A stretch of 64,000 bases of DNA from Chrysomallon squamiferum (GCA_012295275.1 CM022672.1:34224001-34288000), one strand, 5' to 3'; positions 44,504 through 59,035 are shown, counted from the first letter of the stretch. The notes: generated by a model not told the origin, from the sequence alone. Translations and numbers: made by a program.

Positions 44504-46964
44504 ACGCAAACATAAATACACATACATATATATACATATGTATAGTTTATAGTAAACAAATCTTACATACATCACCAGCTGAGATAAGCAACACCCATAG
44601 ATAAGAAAATGCAAAACACATCCAGATAAAAACACAGACTCATGTTTTCATAACACACACACACACACACACACACAGTTATATAACACATTAATGATAA
44701 TTTATTAGGCACTTGTATCATCATTTAGAAAACACAGGTGTCTATGCTTGTTTGGGTGTCCATGTGTGTGTGTCTGTGTGTGCATGTGTGTGGCAAGTCT
44801 GCTGTTCTTATGAAGTTATTTTACATGTACTTTAAGATTACTTACTCTGTCGAAAATTGGTCGAAATGTCTGATGGAAAGACAACAAGCAGTTCATATTG
44901 GATCACCATCAAAACACACAAACAGCAGATTGGAATATGAAAGAGAAAATAAATATTAGCTCATTGATAACAAATAAAATAACAAAAAATTCATGTTCAT
45001 TATTGTGCTCTGTTGTATAAATACAAAATTAGGTGTTTTATAATAGGTAAAATGGATATAAAAATTATCTATTTATTTATCATTTATCAATTATATGATT
45101 ATTACATACATGCATGTTATAATACTTAATAGTAATGCTATTTAGAAATTTAATAAAAGTGAATTAAAAATGTTTGTGTTTGAGTTAGATTAATGTTGAA
45201 TATGCTTGATGAATTGGAATAAATATGTAATTAAGTGTGTTTATATGTGTGTGTGTATTTAGTTACAAACACATGTAAATTTTATATCGGATTTATCATA
45301 TGTATGAATGTTAAATGTTGCATTTCATCATTTAGTCAAACATTTAAAAAACACATAGTAACTAAAAATTAACTGTAAAAACATAGAATAATTTTTAATA
45401 GCCTTTTATCAATGGGATATTAAGAATTATTCTATATGCATCTGTCTCCACAATTAATTATAATTACAACATAAAACAGATTATTTTTATATATAAAAAA
45501 CAATTATCACTGATAATAAAATACATGTCTGGCATTTATATTTATGTTATTACATCTGTGAGTGTACATTAATTATGTTAATAAGGACATAAACACTATA
45601 TAAGTTCATACAGTGCATTTAAGGTAATAATATGCTGTGACTGTAAAATCCATGAAATGAAATTATGAAATGTGTGCAATAATAATAATATTAAAAATAA
45701 TAACAATAATATTAAAATAATAATAACAATAATCAAACATGATTTATCATATTCTCTGAACTAAAAACACATTCAGAGATTAGATCCACTAGAAATGAGT
45801 TGAAACTCACAAATGTGATATTTATTGACAGTAAATAAATTAACAGAAATGTCTATAAAACTTTCCCCGATAATTATGTAAACAAACAAAACAAAATCAA
45901 AATGAAACATAATAAAATAAATTCAAATAAAATAAAATAATTTAAAAAAAAAATAAAGTAAATAAACTTATAAATAAAATTTAAAAAAAAAAAATAAAAT
46001 AAAATAAAGCAAAAACAAAAAAATAAAATAAATTAACAAAAAAAAATTATAAAAATAAATAAACGTATAAATAAAATAAAAAAATAAAATAAAAAAAAAT
46101 AAAATAAAATAAAATAAAATAAATAAAATAAAATAAAATATAATATAATATAATATAATATAATATAATATAATATAATATAATATAATAAAATAAAATA
46201 AAATAAAATAAAATAGAATAAAATAAAATAAAATAAAATATTATAAAATAAAATAAAAATAAAATAAAATAAAATAAAATAAAATAAAATAAAATAAAAT
46301 AAAATAAAATAAAATAAAATAAAATAAAATAAAAAAAAACAAAGGTGAAAGTAAAATAAATATATAAAGTATATTTCTATTTTTATTTGAAATAACATCT
46401 GATAATACAACACATACTGTTAATTCAGTCGTGGTCATATATTTAATTTCCAGCTTAAAATATCCTTCAAATTTCATCATTAAATCTATTCTGATTATCA
46501 AGTTTCCTATTTTTGACACATGTAATTTGTTATTCCAAGATTAGAACTTTTTATTAATCTACTTTAAAGTAAATGGAAAATTTATGCTTAAAAAAATAAA
46601 AAAAATAAAAATAACGATTTTATTACTTTTTTATTCTCTTCGTATTTACTTTGATTTAAACTACTTTACATAACCAGCAAGTGATAATAATATTCAGGGA
46701 TGTATATTTGTAATAAAATAAAACTCTATAACAATAGCACAATTTAATTGCATTTCATATTATTATCAACTATATACACAACAAATAGTAACTATTATTA
46801 AAATAAATATTTAAAATGTTTTTAAAAATATATAGAGTGTCCTATTAATAAGTTTTAGGCTTTATATCTCAGTATAACCAAAATTATGAATTATGAAAAA
46901 CCTCTAATGATGTCATATATCAGTTTCATATAAATTTACATTCAGGGTATGTTGTGGTTTATAC

Positions 46965-47016
<52 letters not shown>

Positions 47017-47916
47017 TAAACATCTGCTTGGAATGGGATATGACCTAAGATCAATGTTATCCCTTTTGGTGCCTTAGGCAATATTACTGACATGCTGGAA
47101 AACTGCTGCTGATGAGATATCTTGACATAACGAACTAGCTAATATTTCACTTTCTAATGGCATCAAGTAAGAAATACCATATTCAGATCAACTGCATCAA
47201 GTTTTGTGTATTTTGTATACAGTAGAGATTAAAAATAGCTAACTTTCCCATTTGAAGTGTGTGTAGCACAAAAAAAAGTTAACATATAATAAACATTCAA
47301 GTCTCTGTGTAAAAACACTACACAATACCCAGGAACCAGGTAACCCCTGTATTATTAACAAGATTGTGATCTCTCAGATATATAGGCTATACTTAGAGCC
47401 ACTGAGGTACACCCACACTCTCATCCAATACAATGATGACATAAGCTTTTTCACTCTGCTTTTTTTATCTTTTACCCTAAGGCAACAAAAGGCAAAGTTT
47501 GTGTTCCTCCAAGTGACAGAACAGGATGAGTTGTGTCTCAGTAAAGTATGAAAACAATAACTCAGATCAGCCAATGGAATCTCACTACTTGAATGAAGGG
47601 CGAGGTGCTTTAATAGTAATATTTTGGACTGTTTAAAAAAAATGACTCAGTTTTCTGTCAAGTAGGGTGATTACTATCCAAAGTGCATTTCAAGTTTGTT
47701 GTTACTGTTGTTGTTGCTTATTTTTAATATTGTTGCTGCTATTATTTTATTTATTATTATTATTATTATAATTATTTTATTATTTTATTATTATTATTAT
47801 TATTTTTATTACTACTACCATTATTATTATTATTATTACCATTATTATTGTTGTTGTTGTTGTTGTTGTTATTATTATTACTATTATTATTATTGTTCTT
47901 ATTATTATTATTATTC

Positions 47917-47967
<51 letters not shown>

Positions 47968-48003
47968 TTTTTATTATTATTATTATTACTATTACTATTA
48001 TTT

Positions 48004-48047
<44 letters not shown>

Positions 48048-49069
48048 TATTATTGTTATTGTTATTATTATTATTATTATTCAGCTTTTTCTTATTCATA
48101 CAGAAGTATTTCAGAGACTGTATGTAAAATTACACTCTCTTACTGGGTAGCCCTGACTGGCAGTATTTGTCTTCCTCTCCAATGATTTGAATGGTCCTTA
48201 ACTTCATGATACATATCAGAAATAAACTGCAGTTTTATGATTGCAATATCAGTTATAATAATTTAAAAAAATATTAAAAATGCATTTTCTTTCTTCCAAT
48301 ACATCCACTTTTGATAATCTTGTTTATTTTAGGTCTACCCTTGAGGTTCTACTCAATATTTTTTTTTGCTATTAGTACAAATACAAAAAGATATATAAAC
48401 CAATTTTTGCTTGTGTGTGTGTGTACTCAAAGACATTACTTGAAATCTAAACGAGAAGTGTGACTGTAACTATTTTTTTCATTGTTTTATATACATATAT
48501 ATATATATATGTTTTTAGTTTCATATCAGTTTTGTTGCTGCTGATTATAAAATAAAATAAAATATACTAAAATACATAACGAAAAATGAAAGTGGGTTTA
48601 TCTTTTTTTATGATCCAATTTATTTTGTAACTGCATTAGCAAAAAAATACACACCAAAAATAGTGTAAACAGTTGATAATTAATACTATAATTATGGTTC
48701 ATGTTATCTTTCTGTCTGTCATTCTATGTTAGTAAAATTAGTACTGATTTCTCACTGCCCATATTCTGACTCCATTTGATTTTTATTCTAGTCATCTGCA
48801 ACTTTTTGCAAGCTATTAAATTATAAATAGAGTGTGCAGATATGTAAATAAAATATAAGTACGAAAACGAAACGTAAAGTCAGTCTTACGAGTCGACTTC
48901 AGTGTAAAGCAGGCCGAGTGGTTTTATGGCTCGCACCAAACAGCCAAACTTTGCCAGCACTGTTTAAGTGTGAAAGTGAACAAACTAATAATTTCGAAAG
49001 CATTACCCGTTCCAGGTCACTTCGCAGTCCTTGCATTTCCATATCGTCCGTTCGTCGGCGGCCAGACAT
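35612..49069 (-). CDS. RHBDL: Rhomboid-related intramembrane serine protease (RHBDL1/2/3-like, EF-hand-containing); 9 coding exons, 375 aa; join(complement 49007-49069, 44846-44869, 43004-43159, 42273-42440, 41734-41888, 40927-41039, 38609-38709, 37315-37408, 36739-36834, 35612-35769) lists 10 segments counting the microexon
   Basis: All introns are GT-AG and phases match (0,0,0,0,2,1,0,1,1). The spliced product has EF-hand loop DANHDERITYTEF, CPVPPLFI before TM1, EAWRFLTYMLIHQG, HLISN, LEIVHKWWR, GASGG (catalytic Ser) and AHIGG (catalytic His). Which vertebrate paralogue it is closest to cannot be resolved here. Confidence 0.95.
36739..36834 (-). CDS. RHBDL: Rhomboid exon with catalytic histidine (VVPDTSLAIYRR...VTAHIGGFGAG)
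   Basis: AHxGG TM6 motif; phase 1-1. Confidence 0.95.
37315..37408 (-). CDS. RHBDL: Rhomboid exon (NWKEMNYKCCEGTISRVLLSAPVRLLIILVL)
   Basis: NWxxM motif following TM4; G|gtaag donor in phase 1. Confidence 0.9.
37364..37960. repeat. 88-bp tandem repeat covering a rhomboid splice acceptor and exon start; 3 near-perfect copies plus decayed copies
   Basis: TTCCAGTTCTGAAAGTAACAAAACATTTAG with acceptor dinucleotides at 37409-10, 37497-98 and 37585-86. Confidence 0.95.
38080..38600. repeat. Imperfect tandem repeat of about 100-120 bp next to the donor of the GASGG exon
   Basis: Recurrent CTCAGTTTGTGTTTTATTT and TTAACGTGACATATACTGAT. Confidence 0.8.
38609..38709 (-). CDS. RHBDL: Rhomboid exon with catalytic serine (SMAHSLTDHAVQLVGASGGVYALLGAHIASVVV)
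   Basis: GASGG motif; tttcAG acceptor and gtaagt donor. Confidence 0.96.
40927..41039 (-). CDS. RHBDL: Rhomboid exon (YIHLISNMIFQLLFGLMLEIVHKWWRILILYILGVIAG)
   Basis: HxxxN TM2 motif; phase 2 in, phase 1 out. Confidence 0.95.
41734..41888 (-). CDS. RHBDL: Rhomboid exon (VIVFIVY...RRYEAWRFLTYMLIHQG)
   Basis: tttcctgcAG acceptor; rhomboid L1-loop WR motif; phase-2 donor. Confidence 0.95.
42273..42440 (-). CDS. RHBDL: Rhomboid exon (MTSDEG...CCPVPPLFIPLITIAE)
   Basis: tttcAG acceptor and GAG|gtatta donor; CxPPP-like motif and start of TM1 typical of RHBDL. Confidence 0.93.
42438..42675. repeat. About 85-bp triplication including a rhomboid splice acceptor
   Basis: CATCTGAAA.TAAATCA...AAGTAATA..TTTAATATTACA at 42438, 42526 and 42609. 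Confidence 0.85.
43004..43159 (-). CDS. RHBDL: Rhomboid EF-hand exon (HGPEG...DANHDERITYTEFIDL)
   Basis: AG/GT boundaries, 52 codons, canonical EF-hand loop. Confidence 0.92.
43175..44280. repeat. 25/15-bp minisatellite with a 380-bp higher-order duplication
   Basis: Unit CAATATCATACAATACAGCAACATA; the variant TTGTACAATACAGCAACACACAGTATC recurs at 43321 and 43701. Confidence 0.95.
44846..44869 (-). CDS. RHBDL: Rhomboid 24-nt microexon (TFRPIFDR)
   Basis: Acceptor ttgttgtctttccatcAG, donor AGA|gtaagt, phase 0-0. Supplies the F-x-x-x-F-D entering helix of the first EF-hand. Confidence 0.8.
45890..46340. repeat. (AAAAT)n/(TAATA)n pentanucleotide satellite
   Basis: Direct inspection. Confidence 0.9.
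47745..48080. repeat. (ATT)n compound microsatellite
   Basis: Direct inspection. Confidence 0.9.
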
Positions 49070-49500
49070 CTTTAAATTTACAAATCAGATAGCACTACAG
49101 AAACGTTCAACACATCCATCCAGCGCCCACGCAGGAGTAATCTAATGTTACTGACCGAATTGGTTGCTAACACAGGATTAAAAGTGATTATGAACCTCTC
49201 AGCACATTATCGAGAAAACTTTCTAAGTTATCAACACCATGAGAGTTATACCCCTTGCATTAAAGCAAACGGCCTCGCGTGCATGGTTCGATCATTAAAG
49301 CAGACGTACATTTCCTATTTGATACACCAGGAGCGGGTCTAGGCAAATCTTGAGAAGGGGTTTTCAGATCGCTAATTTTGGTTTGTTTTATTTTATAATA
49401 AATCTATGGTACGTAATCAGCAATTAACCTAAACGCAGATTATTGTATTTTTCCATTGCGAGAAAACAAAGGAATGAATGAGCCGAGATATACATGACTT
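48850..49500 (-). promoter_or_regulatory. CpG-rich promoter/5' region of the rhomboid gene
   Basis: Visible CpG enrichment around the first coding exon. Confidence 0.55.
49007..49069 (-). CDS. RHBDL: Rhomboid first coding exon (MSGRRRTDDMEMQGLRSDLER)
   Basis: ATG in AAAGATGT context inside a CpG-rich patch; donor CGG|gtaatg in phase 0 joins in frame to the microexon. Confidence 0.75.
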
Positions 49501-52500
49501 TCCCGCTGTATAAAGTTCATTATAAACTATTGTTACAATTAAAAGATTATTTAATTATATTTAATCTAAACTATTTATGATGATGACTAAATACTAATAG
49601 TAATTTTAATGATGTTAATATACTGTTTGTTGTAAAATAACAATTGTCTTCAATAAAATAAATATATTTATTTATTTATTTATTTATTTATTTACTTATA
49701 ATTATTATTTTAATTTGATTTTTATTTTAGTACTAGTAAACTGTATTTTGCAGTACAACTGGAGTAGTAATATTGTTTTTTGTTTTGTGGTTTGTTTGTA
49801 GTTGTTTGCATTAGCTAATTTATAATAATAATAACAACAAAAAGAAAAAGAAGAAGAAGAAAATCAGTAATTAATAATTACACAATTTACATAACAGCTT
49901 AGGAGTTGATTGTTTATTTTTGGCTAGAAACCTTCCACTTGACAGACTTTGTAAAACAACACAAGTGACAACTGAGTGCATTACTAAATTTGGGATACTT
50001 AAAACAGAACGTTACTTGTTCAGTTTGGATTCAACGTTTAGGTCAGTAAGGCATAGTGTAATAAACATGTGATATCTAAACTGACTTCTAAAACCTATTT
50101 CAGTGAACATTTTAGATTATTATTTACTTAATTTATTTATATATGTTTTATTACTATTTTATATTACTATTTTATTATATATATATTTATTTATTTACTT
50201 ATTTTCCTGTTTACAGCATATCACAATTTAAAAAAAAAATTTTTTTAGACACCGCATTTCAGTGTTAATGCTCCACACTATAATTAAATAGTTGAAATGT
50301 TGAAAATGTCCTGCAGTTTCTGTTTTAAACACTATATTGTAACATTTTATTATCCAGTTACGCTTTAAATTTTATTAGTTTTGAAAAAATTTCTGTAACA
50401 TAACAGAAATGAATTTCATAAGAAATGAGGCTGTCATTTATGACCAACTAATTATAGGAATAACAGAATGAAATAGAAGATATTAAAGGTACTACAAATG
50501 ATATAAAAACAATGTATGGCTCCTGTTAAATAATACTTAATGATTATATTACTCTGGAATAAACCACTGTGCTATTCCATCAAAAAAGAAAAAGGTGTTT
50601 AAAAAATACTCAATATTTTTACATTTATTAATGTTGGTTGTAGATAATATTTTCCCCTGTGAAAAGAAACAATAATTTCACCAGATATCTTTAATGAAAT
50701 GTCTTCCTAATGTTTATACATAATTATGTGCAATGTTTTGATAATGATTTAGAATGCAATATATCCAGTTTGGTTAAATATGGTTTTCTAGCTTAATTTA
50801 TTACAAGACCTCCCCATCCCTATGAATATGTATACATATTCAAAGATTATTGAAATTATTTATAACTTTTTATCTACAGAGACAGACAGATAGGCTGTTT
50901 GTTTTCGGGGAATTTGCTGACTCTCCAGTGATAACGTTTATATTTGCACATTTTATCAACTGAAAATAAACTTATTATCTTTCGTTCCTGTTCAGGACAG
51001 CCAAAGTAACTGCTTTATTACAAACCAGAATAAATTTTTTTGCTTTCTCTGTGGGAAAGTGCAAATATAAGATACTTTACTGCTATTTTAGAAAAATGTA
51101 GTTCACCATGTTATTTATTCTGCAGGTTTCCTGTCTTCTTCTATATGTTCGATTAAAATGTTTTAAATTTCTCCTTTCTCTCTGTTGCTTATATCCTTTA
51201 AATGGTTTTTGACCAAACTAAGCTTAGAAATAATTTAATTGATGTCCTAAATAAAACAAAATTAAATGTTCTGTATTTTCAATTTTGCATTGTTATTAAA
51301 ATATATTGAAATAACTTTTAAAATTTTATATTTTTATATATTAAAATTAATTTTTTTTTTTGAAAATATTAAATTTATCTTGTAACTGATATGGACATTG
51401 ACCTCTGATGTACTTTAATTAATTTATATTTTTTTAAGATCAAAGTACATAAATACAAAAACAAAGAATGAAATTATTTTTAACAGATGTAAATTAATGT
51501 GCTTCTGAAGCTATTTTTATATAACTTAATAGTCTTCTGAAACCAGTTTTATATAATTTAATACACTTGCAAAACCAGTTTTATATAAATTAATACACTT
51601 GCAAAACCAGTTTTATGCAAATTGTTTTCCATCAAATGTTTTACAAAGTGCATATAAAGACTGAGTTAATGGTCAGCTGTTCGAGGTGTAAACTGTTAAT
51701 TATAAAATTCCACTATCTCATTCCTTGTCAAAATATAGCACACACACACACACACACACACACACTGATCTCAAACTGTCAGAAGTAATGGAAATAGCTG
51801 CAAACAAATTTCTAAACTGAAATATTAAAAAAACACAGTTATTATTGTGAAAATAATTTTTTAACTGTATTTTGAAGATAAACAACTGACCAAAAAAATC
51901 ATAAAGTAAATATTAATTCATTAAATTCACATTTCTGACAGTTTATTTTTAATCTTTACAAAATAATAATACATTTTTTATTAAATACACTCGAAATATT
52001 TCATTTCATTTTTTATTAAAGAGAAATCATTAAGAAAAAATTAATTTTGTTAATAAAACAGATATAGACATGAATTATTTCCTATTCCTGATAACAGCTT
52101 GCTATTATTAACAACTTACTTTAGACTTAAGAACAAACATAAAAAATCACTAATGTTATCCTGTGACAAGCTGAAATGTTCATAATGAAAAAAAATATAC
52201 TGAGGAATAAAAAAAATATCTGTAACTTAAAAATAACTACAACTGTTTTACAAGTATTTAAATCACTTTCATTCTTGGAAAAAAAAAATGTAGAACCTTA
52301 AATAACTTCACTGTAGCTACTTCCTGATGAACAAAAAAAAAAGAAAAGGAAAATGTAAATGTAGATATATTGATAACAAACAGACAACAACATGTGACAA
52401 TTATGAGGAACATCTTAAATTAAAAACAAATGAAAAAAGAAATAGTCTATTTTTTATGAATTAAGATTTTCATTTGTTGTAAGAAAGAGCCCTGACAATA

Positions 52501-53226
52501 CAGTTATATCTAAAAGTCAATTAGCTATTCAAGTCTGCAAACCATTTAACAGCAAATACTTTTCTCATTAACAAGACATTCCATCATAATATGAAGGAAA
52601 GATATTTGTAAACATTTGTATTCATCCATGTACACTGAAAAAGAAATGAAAACATTACCGTAACTTGTTTAATTATGATAAAAAAATAAATGCAACAACA
52701 TAAACTTTATTTAAAAAGAAATTTTAAAAACCAAAAAGCTGAAAAAATTATGACTTTCATTTGCTGGTATGTCTCACAAAACAGGTATATATATAAAAGA
52801 AAAAAGAGACACTTAACTTCTAAGCCATACTTATGAACTAACAAGGCCAATATGCTGAGATAATATCAAATAGTGAAATATAAGAACATCTGAAAGTAAA
52901 TAAAATTTAAATTAATGAAAACATTGTATATTACATTAAGACATATTTTAACTTTTTATTTCAAGATGTACTTTTGTATCCATTATTTTTTTATCAGTAT
53001 AATTTTATTGAATATTTTATTGAACTTGGTGATTAAAAAGGTGGTGTGATCTTTAATTACTGTATTCATTTGCATCCTGAAAAAGAAATGAAGTATATTT
53101 CTAAATAAGAAAACCAGACAAGGAACAACACTGTCCAAATCTGAAAATTATGAAATGTGAAATTAAAACTCATCTCTATAAATAATACATAAATCAAGAA
53201 ACATTTCTAAATGATATCAAGAAAAG

Positions 53227-53265
<39 letters not shown>

Positions 53266-55221
53266 CTTAACAGAGAAAAAGAAATGTTCTGAACACAGAA
53301 CAGTCTTCAGTTTTTAAATTAAATAGCATGCTATAAAAGAATAATCAAAACAGAGGTAGTAAAATTAAAAATCCAGAAAAATAATCAATTCTTAAATTTA
53401 AAAGTTGTGATAATTACAAAAAAAAACATGGTGGGATGCTCTCCAAATCTGCAACTAGTGAAGTAAGAATAAAAACACATCTGTGTTAAATAAAATCTAA
53501 ATTAATGAAGAGTTTTACACTCTTTAAACCACTAAGAAACCATCAGAACCCTAAAAATATTTAAAATTCTTGATTGTATAAACATAATAAAACTATTTAA
53601 ATCTGCCAGTAGTGAAATGTAAGAAAACATAATAATAAATAGAAGATAACAAATAAATAAAACATTTTATCTGATGTGCTCAATCTGCCAATAGTAAAAT
53701 ACAAAATTAAATGCTTTCTGTAAATGAAATTTAAATTAATGGAAACAACCCTATTTTAAATCAAGGTAAGATGAACATTAAAAAACAGAAAAATAAAAGA
53801 AGAACAACAATGACCTTTTTTAAACTACTGTTACATGTTGCTGTTGTGGTCATTGTAAATGTACTCACTTTCAGGTTAAATTATTCTTAAATTTCACAGA
53901 AGTAATTTTGGAAACACTGCTGACGTCTTCATTTCTGAAAATTTAAAAGTCATAGCAGCTCATGCTTAAATACTGTAAACAAATTATTTACAATAAAAGT
54001 ATAAAAACATGACATTATGACCTTCAACTGAAGACAATAGGAAATAACATTCTGTTTTACTCAAAATATGACAAAGGACAAGGAAGGTATAGTAAGGTAG
54101 ACATTTTAAACCATACAGTGCAGGTACTACTTTAGGACAATGAAAGTGTTAAAATAAAAAAAAAAAGGGACAAGATATATATATATATATAAAATTTTAA
54201 AAGCAAATGTATTAGAAACATTTTTACTAATGTTAGAATCAGTGAATAACAATCAAACAAAAATCTTTGAATAAAAATATTTAGCTACAAACACTGTGTC
54301 AAAGCTATGGTCAGAGCTTTCCATATGTCTTGAAAAAGATAAGAAAGAAAACAGAAGAATTTAAAAGTTAGTAAGTACACTATACCATCACTTACATGTT
54401 TATAACAAACACATAAGTAATCATATTTAAATAAAGAAAAACAAATGTTTTTCATGAATTATAAATTTTATTTGTTGTAAAAGTGTTTTCACAATTCAGC
54501 TAACAGAGAAAAGTAAATTATTTAATTTTAAATACAGATTACCAATATCATCATTCTATCCAAATCTGCAACCATGAAATGTATGAATAAAAAAAAATTC
54601 ACTGCATAATAAAATATATACATAATGAGACTTTTGTCTTCATTCTCAAACCCTTGTCACATAATCTTTCAATCTGAAATTGTTATGAAAATATTGGATT
54701 TGGTTAAGCAATTCAATATTTCTTTTTTATCATCTACCCACAAGTAACAAATTTAAGATTACAAAAAAATATTCATGAAGGGGCTTATATCTACCAACCA
54801 CTCATCCCTGCATGCCATTTTATTCAGTCAGGTCACTTCACATAATTCTATTTCAGCATTCATGGAACATGAACAGCCATATATTTAAATCACAGCCAGC
54901 ACAGCAAAGTATAGGCCCCCTGGTCAAAGTGACACACTAGAACCTAACATACAGAACCATGAACATTTATTTACAGGAACCCACAACAATAGATGGACTC
55001 CTAGACTCCTAGACCAAAGAACCCTCAGGTATTGTCTCTATGGCACTGATTTAAACTTTCACAGGCCCATACTTAACATTTCTATAGATTTCCAGTTTCG
55101 ATTTCCTGAGGATATTAAATCACATGTATAATTAATTCTGACACTTGTGAACAAGATCTTCAGAAAATAACTAAATAAATGAAATGTAAATAAAAAATTA
55201 AAAAATTAAAAAACTAATACA

Positions 55222-55252
<31 letters not shown>

Positions 55253-55256
55253 AATA

Positions 55257-55305
<49 letters not shown>

Positions 55306-55929
55306 GTAATAGTAATAGTAATAATAATAATAAAAATAATAAAAGCAGCCCAACCAAAAAAAAAAAAAAAAAAAAAAAAAACGACCCCACAGCGCCATCA
55401 TTAATGTTAATACTTTTTTTTATTTAATTGAAAAAATCCCTTCAGTCAGTTTATATGTCATTATTTTATTTATGATGATGTAACAAACAGCATGTATTAT
55501 GCCTTAGAGTTCCATTTTGCTGCTTGTTCCTATAGAAGTCAGCATAATGTGTTTAAACTTTTGTACGTAGGACAATCTATGTGTTTGTCTGGTGTGGTCA
55601 TTTCATTGGATGGACGACCTTAATACTGCTGTTATTTAAAGTTGGTCTAATTATATTTTCATGTCAAATTTGCATCAGCAATGATCAGAATCTGTAATAA
55701 TTATATCGGTCAATAATATTCTCTGTTGATTGGACTGAAACGTGTTTTTATCATTAATAAACTGATAGTCAAAACCAGTTGCCTCCCTTCGATCAGCGAT
55801 ATTTAAAATGTTGATATTTAAATTTTTGATAACGCTAACAAACGGAAGAAATTGGTTTTCTTTATTTGTTTGTTTATTGTTACTATTGTTGTTGTTGTTG
55901 TTGTTGTTCTTCTTCTTCTTCTTCTTCTT

Positions 55930-55960
<31 letters not shown>

Positions 55961-56268
55961 TTATTATTATTATTATTATTGTGTTGTATAATATATTTTA
56001 TACATGTAGTAGTAATAGTAGTAATTGCATATTAGATGTGTTAGGATATTAAGTATCCAGAAAAAAGCACAAGAAACCCTCCCCCCCAAAAAAAACCCTC
56101 CCCAAAACCCCGCCTAAAATCCTCCCATGTTCTTAGGTTGTCTTTTCTTTTTGTTATATTTATTATTTATTTAACTTCTATATCATACATCATACATCTA
56201 TTTTAGCTTGAATATATGTTTAAAATAATCACAGTGTTTACCAGTGTGTATATAAGTGTGTTTATGTA

Positions 56269-56313
<45 letters not shown>

Positions 56314-56969
56314 TATTATTACAATTAATATTATTAAAAGGTTCTCATATTTTTATCAACGGTAATTTTTACTATTCGTATTTCGCAGTCATTGAAATAC
56401 ATTATAATTTTAGCACTTTTTTCTTCTTCTTTTCTTTTTTATTTTTTCGACGGTACATGACAGCCTATATTTTCCAAAACAAAGTCAGATATAAGTAATT
56501 CATATAACAATAACAAAAACAACACCAATAAAAACAACAATAATAATACGAACATAACGAAATCCCCCCAAAAAAAAAAAAAACCCCAGAAAGAAGAAGG
56601 TAAAAAGCACGAAATCAGAACATGAAATCACATATTTATTCTTTGTTCCGTGATAAAAAAGAGGACAAATTAGATTTGTAGATTTCTGTATCTGATCTTG
56701 TGTAAAGGTTTTAAAAACATTTCCACAAAGCTTTCGTAAATCGATACGACAACCAATTTGAGCCACTTAGCGTGTTTTTCTAACACTAGAACACTTTGTC
56801 CGTCAGTCTGTTAGTGTGCAAGTATTTGCATAATTAATTAGGTCTTTACATTCGAAAAAGGTCATCCATATGTAGGTGTTTTTTCTTTATATCTCCACAG
56901 GTTACGAAGTACAAAACCTTTCTTCTTTCTTTCTTTCTTTCTTTCTTCTTCTTCTTCTTCTTCTTCCAC

Positions 56970-57000
<31 letters not shown>

Positions 57001-57037
57001 TTTATTTATTATTACCATTTTATTATTATTATTATTA

Positions 57038-57076
<39 letters not shown>

Positions 57077-57495
57077 TACTATTATTATTATTTATATTTG
57101 TTTTTATTATTGTTATTATTTTTATGATGACAGCATTAATTATAAATAAATAAATAAATAAATAAATGTATTGTTTAAAAAATCGAAACAGTTTCTTTAT
57201 TAATTTTTCGTTTTTGTTTAGATATCTAAATATTCTGTCTTTGTATTGCATATGGATGGTGTTTGTGTGTATGGAAAAATAAATACAAGTCAATTAGGCA
57301 AAAGATAATATATGCGTAAATAATTATCAGCAGATTTTGGAATAGGTACAGATCTGAAAATAATTATAGCTATGATTCCGGTTTCTAGGACTAAGAAAAT
57401 GATCGCCTGACAACAATATTAATTAATTATCGTAAAGGATATTATGCGAATATTTCATTAGCATAAATCATTATGTTGTCTTTATGCATGTATGT

Positions 57496-57542
<47 letters not shown>

Positions 57543-57659
57543 CATTTTAGTTTTGTGTATGTATGCATGTGTTTTCGTATTTTTTGGCATATAAATATGT
57601 ATTATGCATGTCTAAGTGCGTGTGTAAATGAACTGATGGAAAGATGTGCGCACACTGAT

Positions 57660-57720
<61 letters not shown>

Positions 57721-58373
57721 GTGTTTGTGTAAGTAGGTGTAAATGCGAATATTTGTTTATAACTTAACATTCATTCTGAGATACGAAACTAGACCCGTAA
57801 ATAAGATATCAAGTAAGCAACCAGATAGACAGCCGACAGACAGACAGACAGAGTGACAGACAGAGTGAGAGATAGTTGAAATCGATAGCTAGTTTGTATC
57901 AAAATCTGGAAACGAAAAGAACGGAGGAAAAAAAAAGACACATAAAAAAAGCAAAAAACGTTTGAACGGTGCGTACATTTTAGGTCAAGTAACGTGACGT
58001 CATTTGTCCAATGTTTTGAGCAGACGATTATTAATTACAAGCAGACACATTTTAATTTAAGTCTCGTGAAATGTAATTTTCCAGCTAGTTAACTGTGATA
58101 AATTATCAAATATCTAAAATTCAATGCTTAATATTTTTTCCTCTTTTTTTTTTCATCTGCTTCTTCTTCTTCTTCTTCTTTTTTTTTCTTCTTTAATTAC
58201 GTAATGTGGGCTCGAAGGTGGCCGAACCAGACTATTGCACCCATAGGAGACAACATGAATATTCTTAATATTCTTAAAATACCGGATTGCCTGCAGGAAA
58301 ATTATATCTGGAGGAAAAAAGAAGAAGAAATGGTACCTATATATATTGCTAGATATGACTTTATTAGAAAAGA

Positions 58374-58449
<76 letters not shown>

Positions 58450-59035
58450 TTTATAATAACAATAATAATAATAATAATATGATAACAATAAAATAATAAT
58501 ATGTGAATAATAATAATTAAGCAAATAAATAAAATAATAATCATAATAAATAAAGAAGTACAAAATAAATAAATATATTATATATGAAAGAAATCCTTAA
58601 TAAATAAAAATGGGGTAGATGCGTAATTTGCACCCCTTTGTTGATTCTATATAATTTTACGGCTTCTAATTTAAGAATAAATAAATAAATAAATAAATAA
58701 ATAAAGCTTAACAGTAAAACTAGTAAACAATGACAACGACATGAATTATCGTTATTTTCCTGAATTGTCGTTTCATTAATTACAATACTACTTTCTTGCA
58801 GTTGTTATTGATTTAATCTATTTTCTTTAAATTTATTTATTAAATACAAATAGTTAGAGTTAAATTATTAAAAATAAAAGCAATAAAGGTTTACCAATGA
58901 AAACAAAGACAAAAAAACAAAAACAAAAGTTTAGAAACAAAACACCAATAACAATTCAACAACAAAAAATAAAAACAACTGCTATCACGATATTATTAAC
59001 GAATAATCGCACTATTATTATTATTATCATTATTA

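Noticed and set aside
48918-49342. Plus-strand ORFs in the CpG-rich patch
   Set aside because: Antisense to the rhomboid first exon and promoter; no domain similarity recognised.
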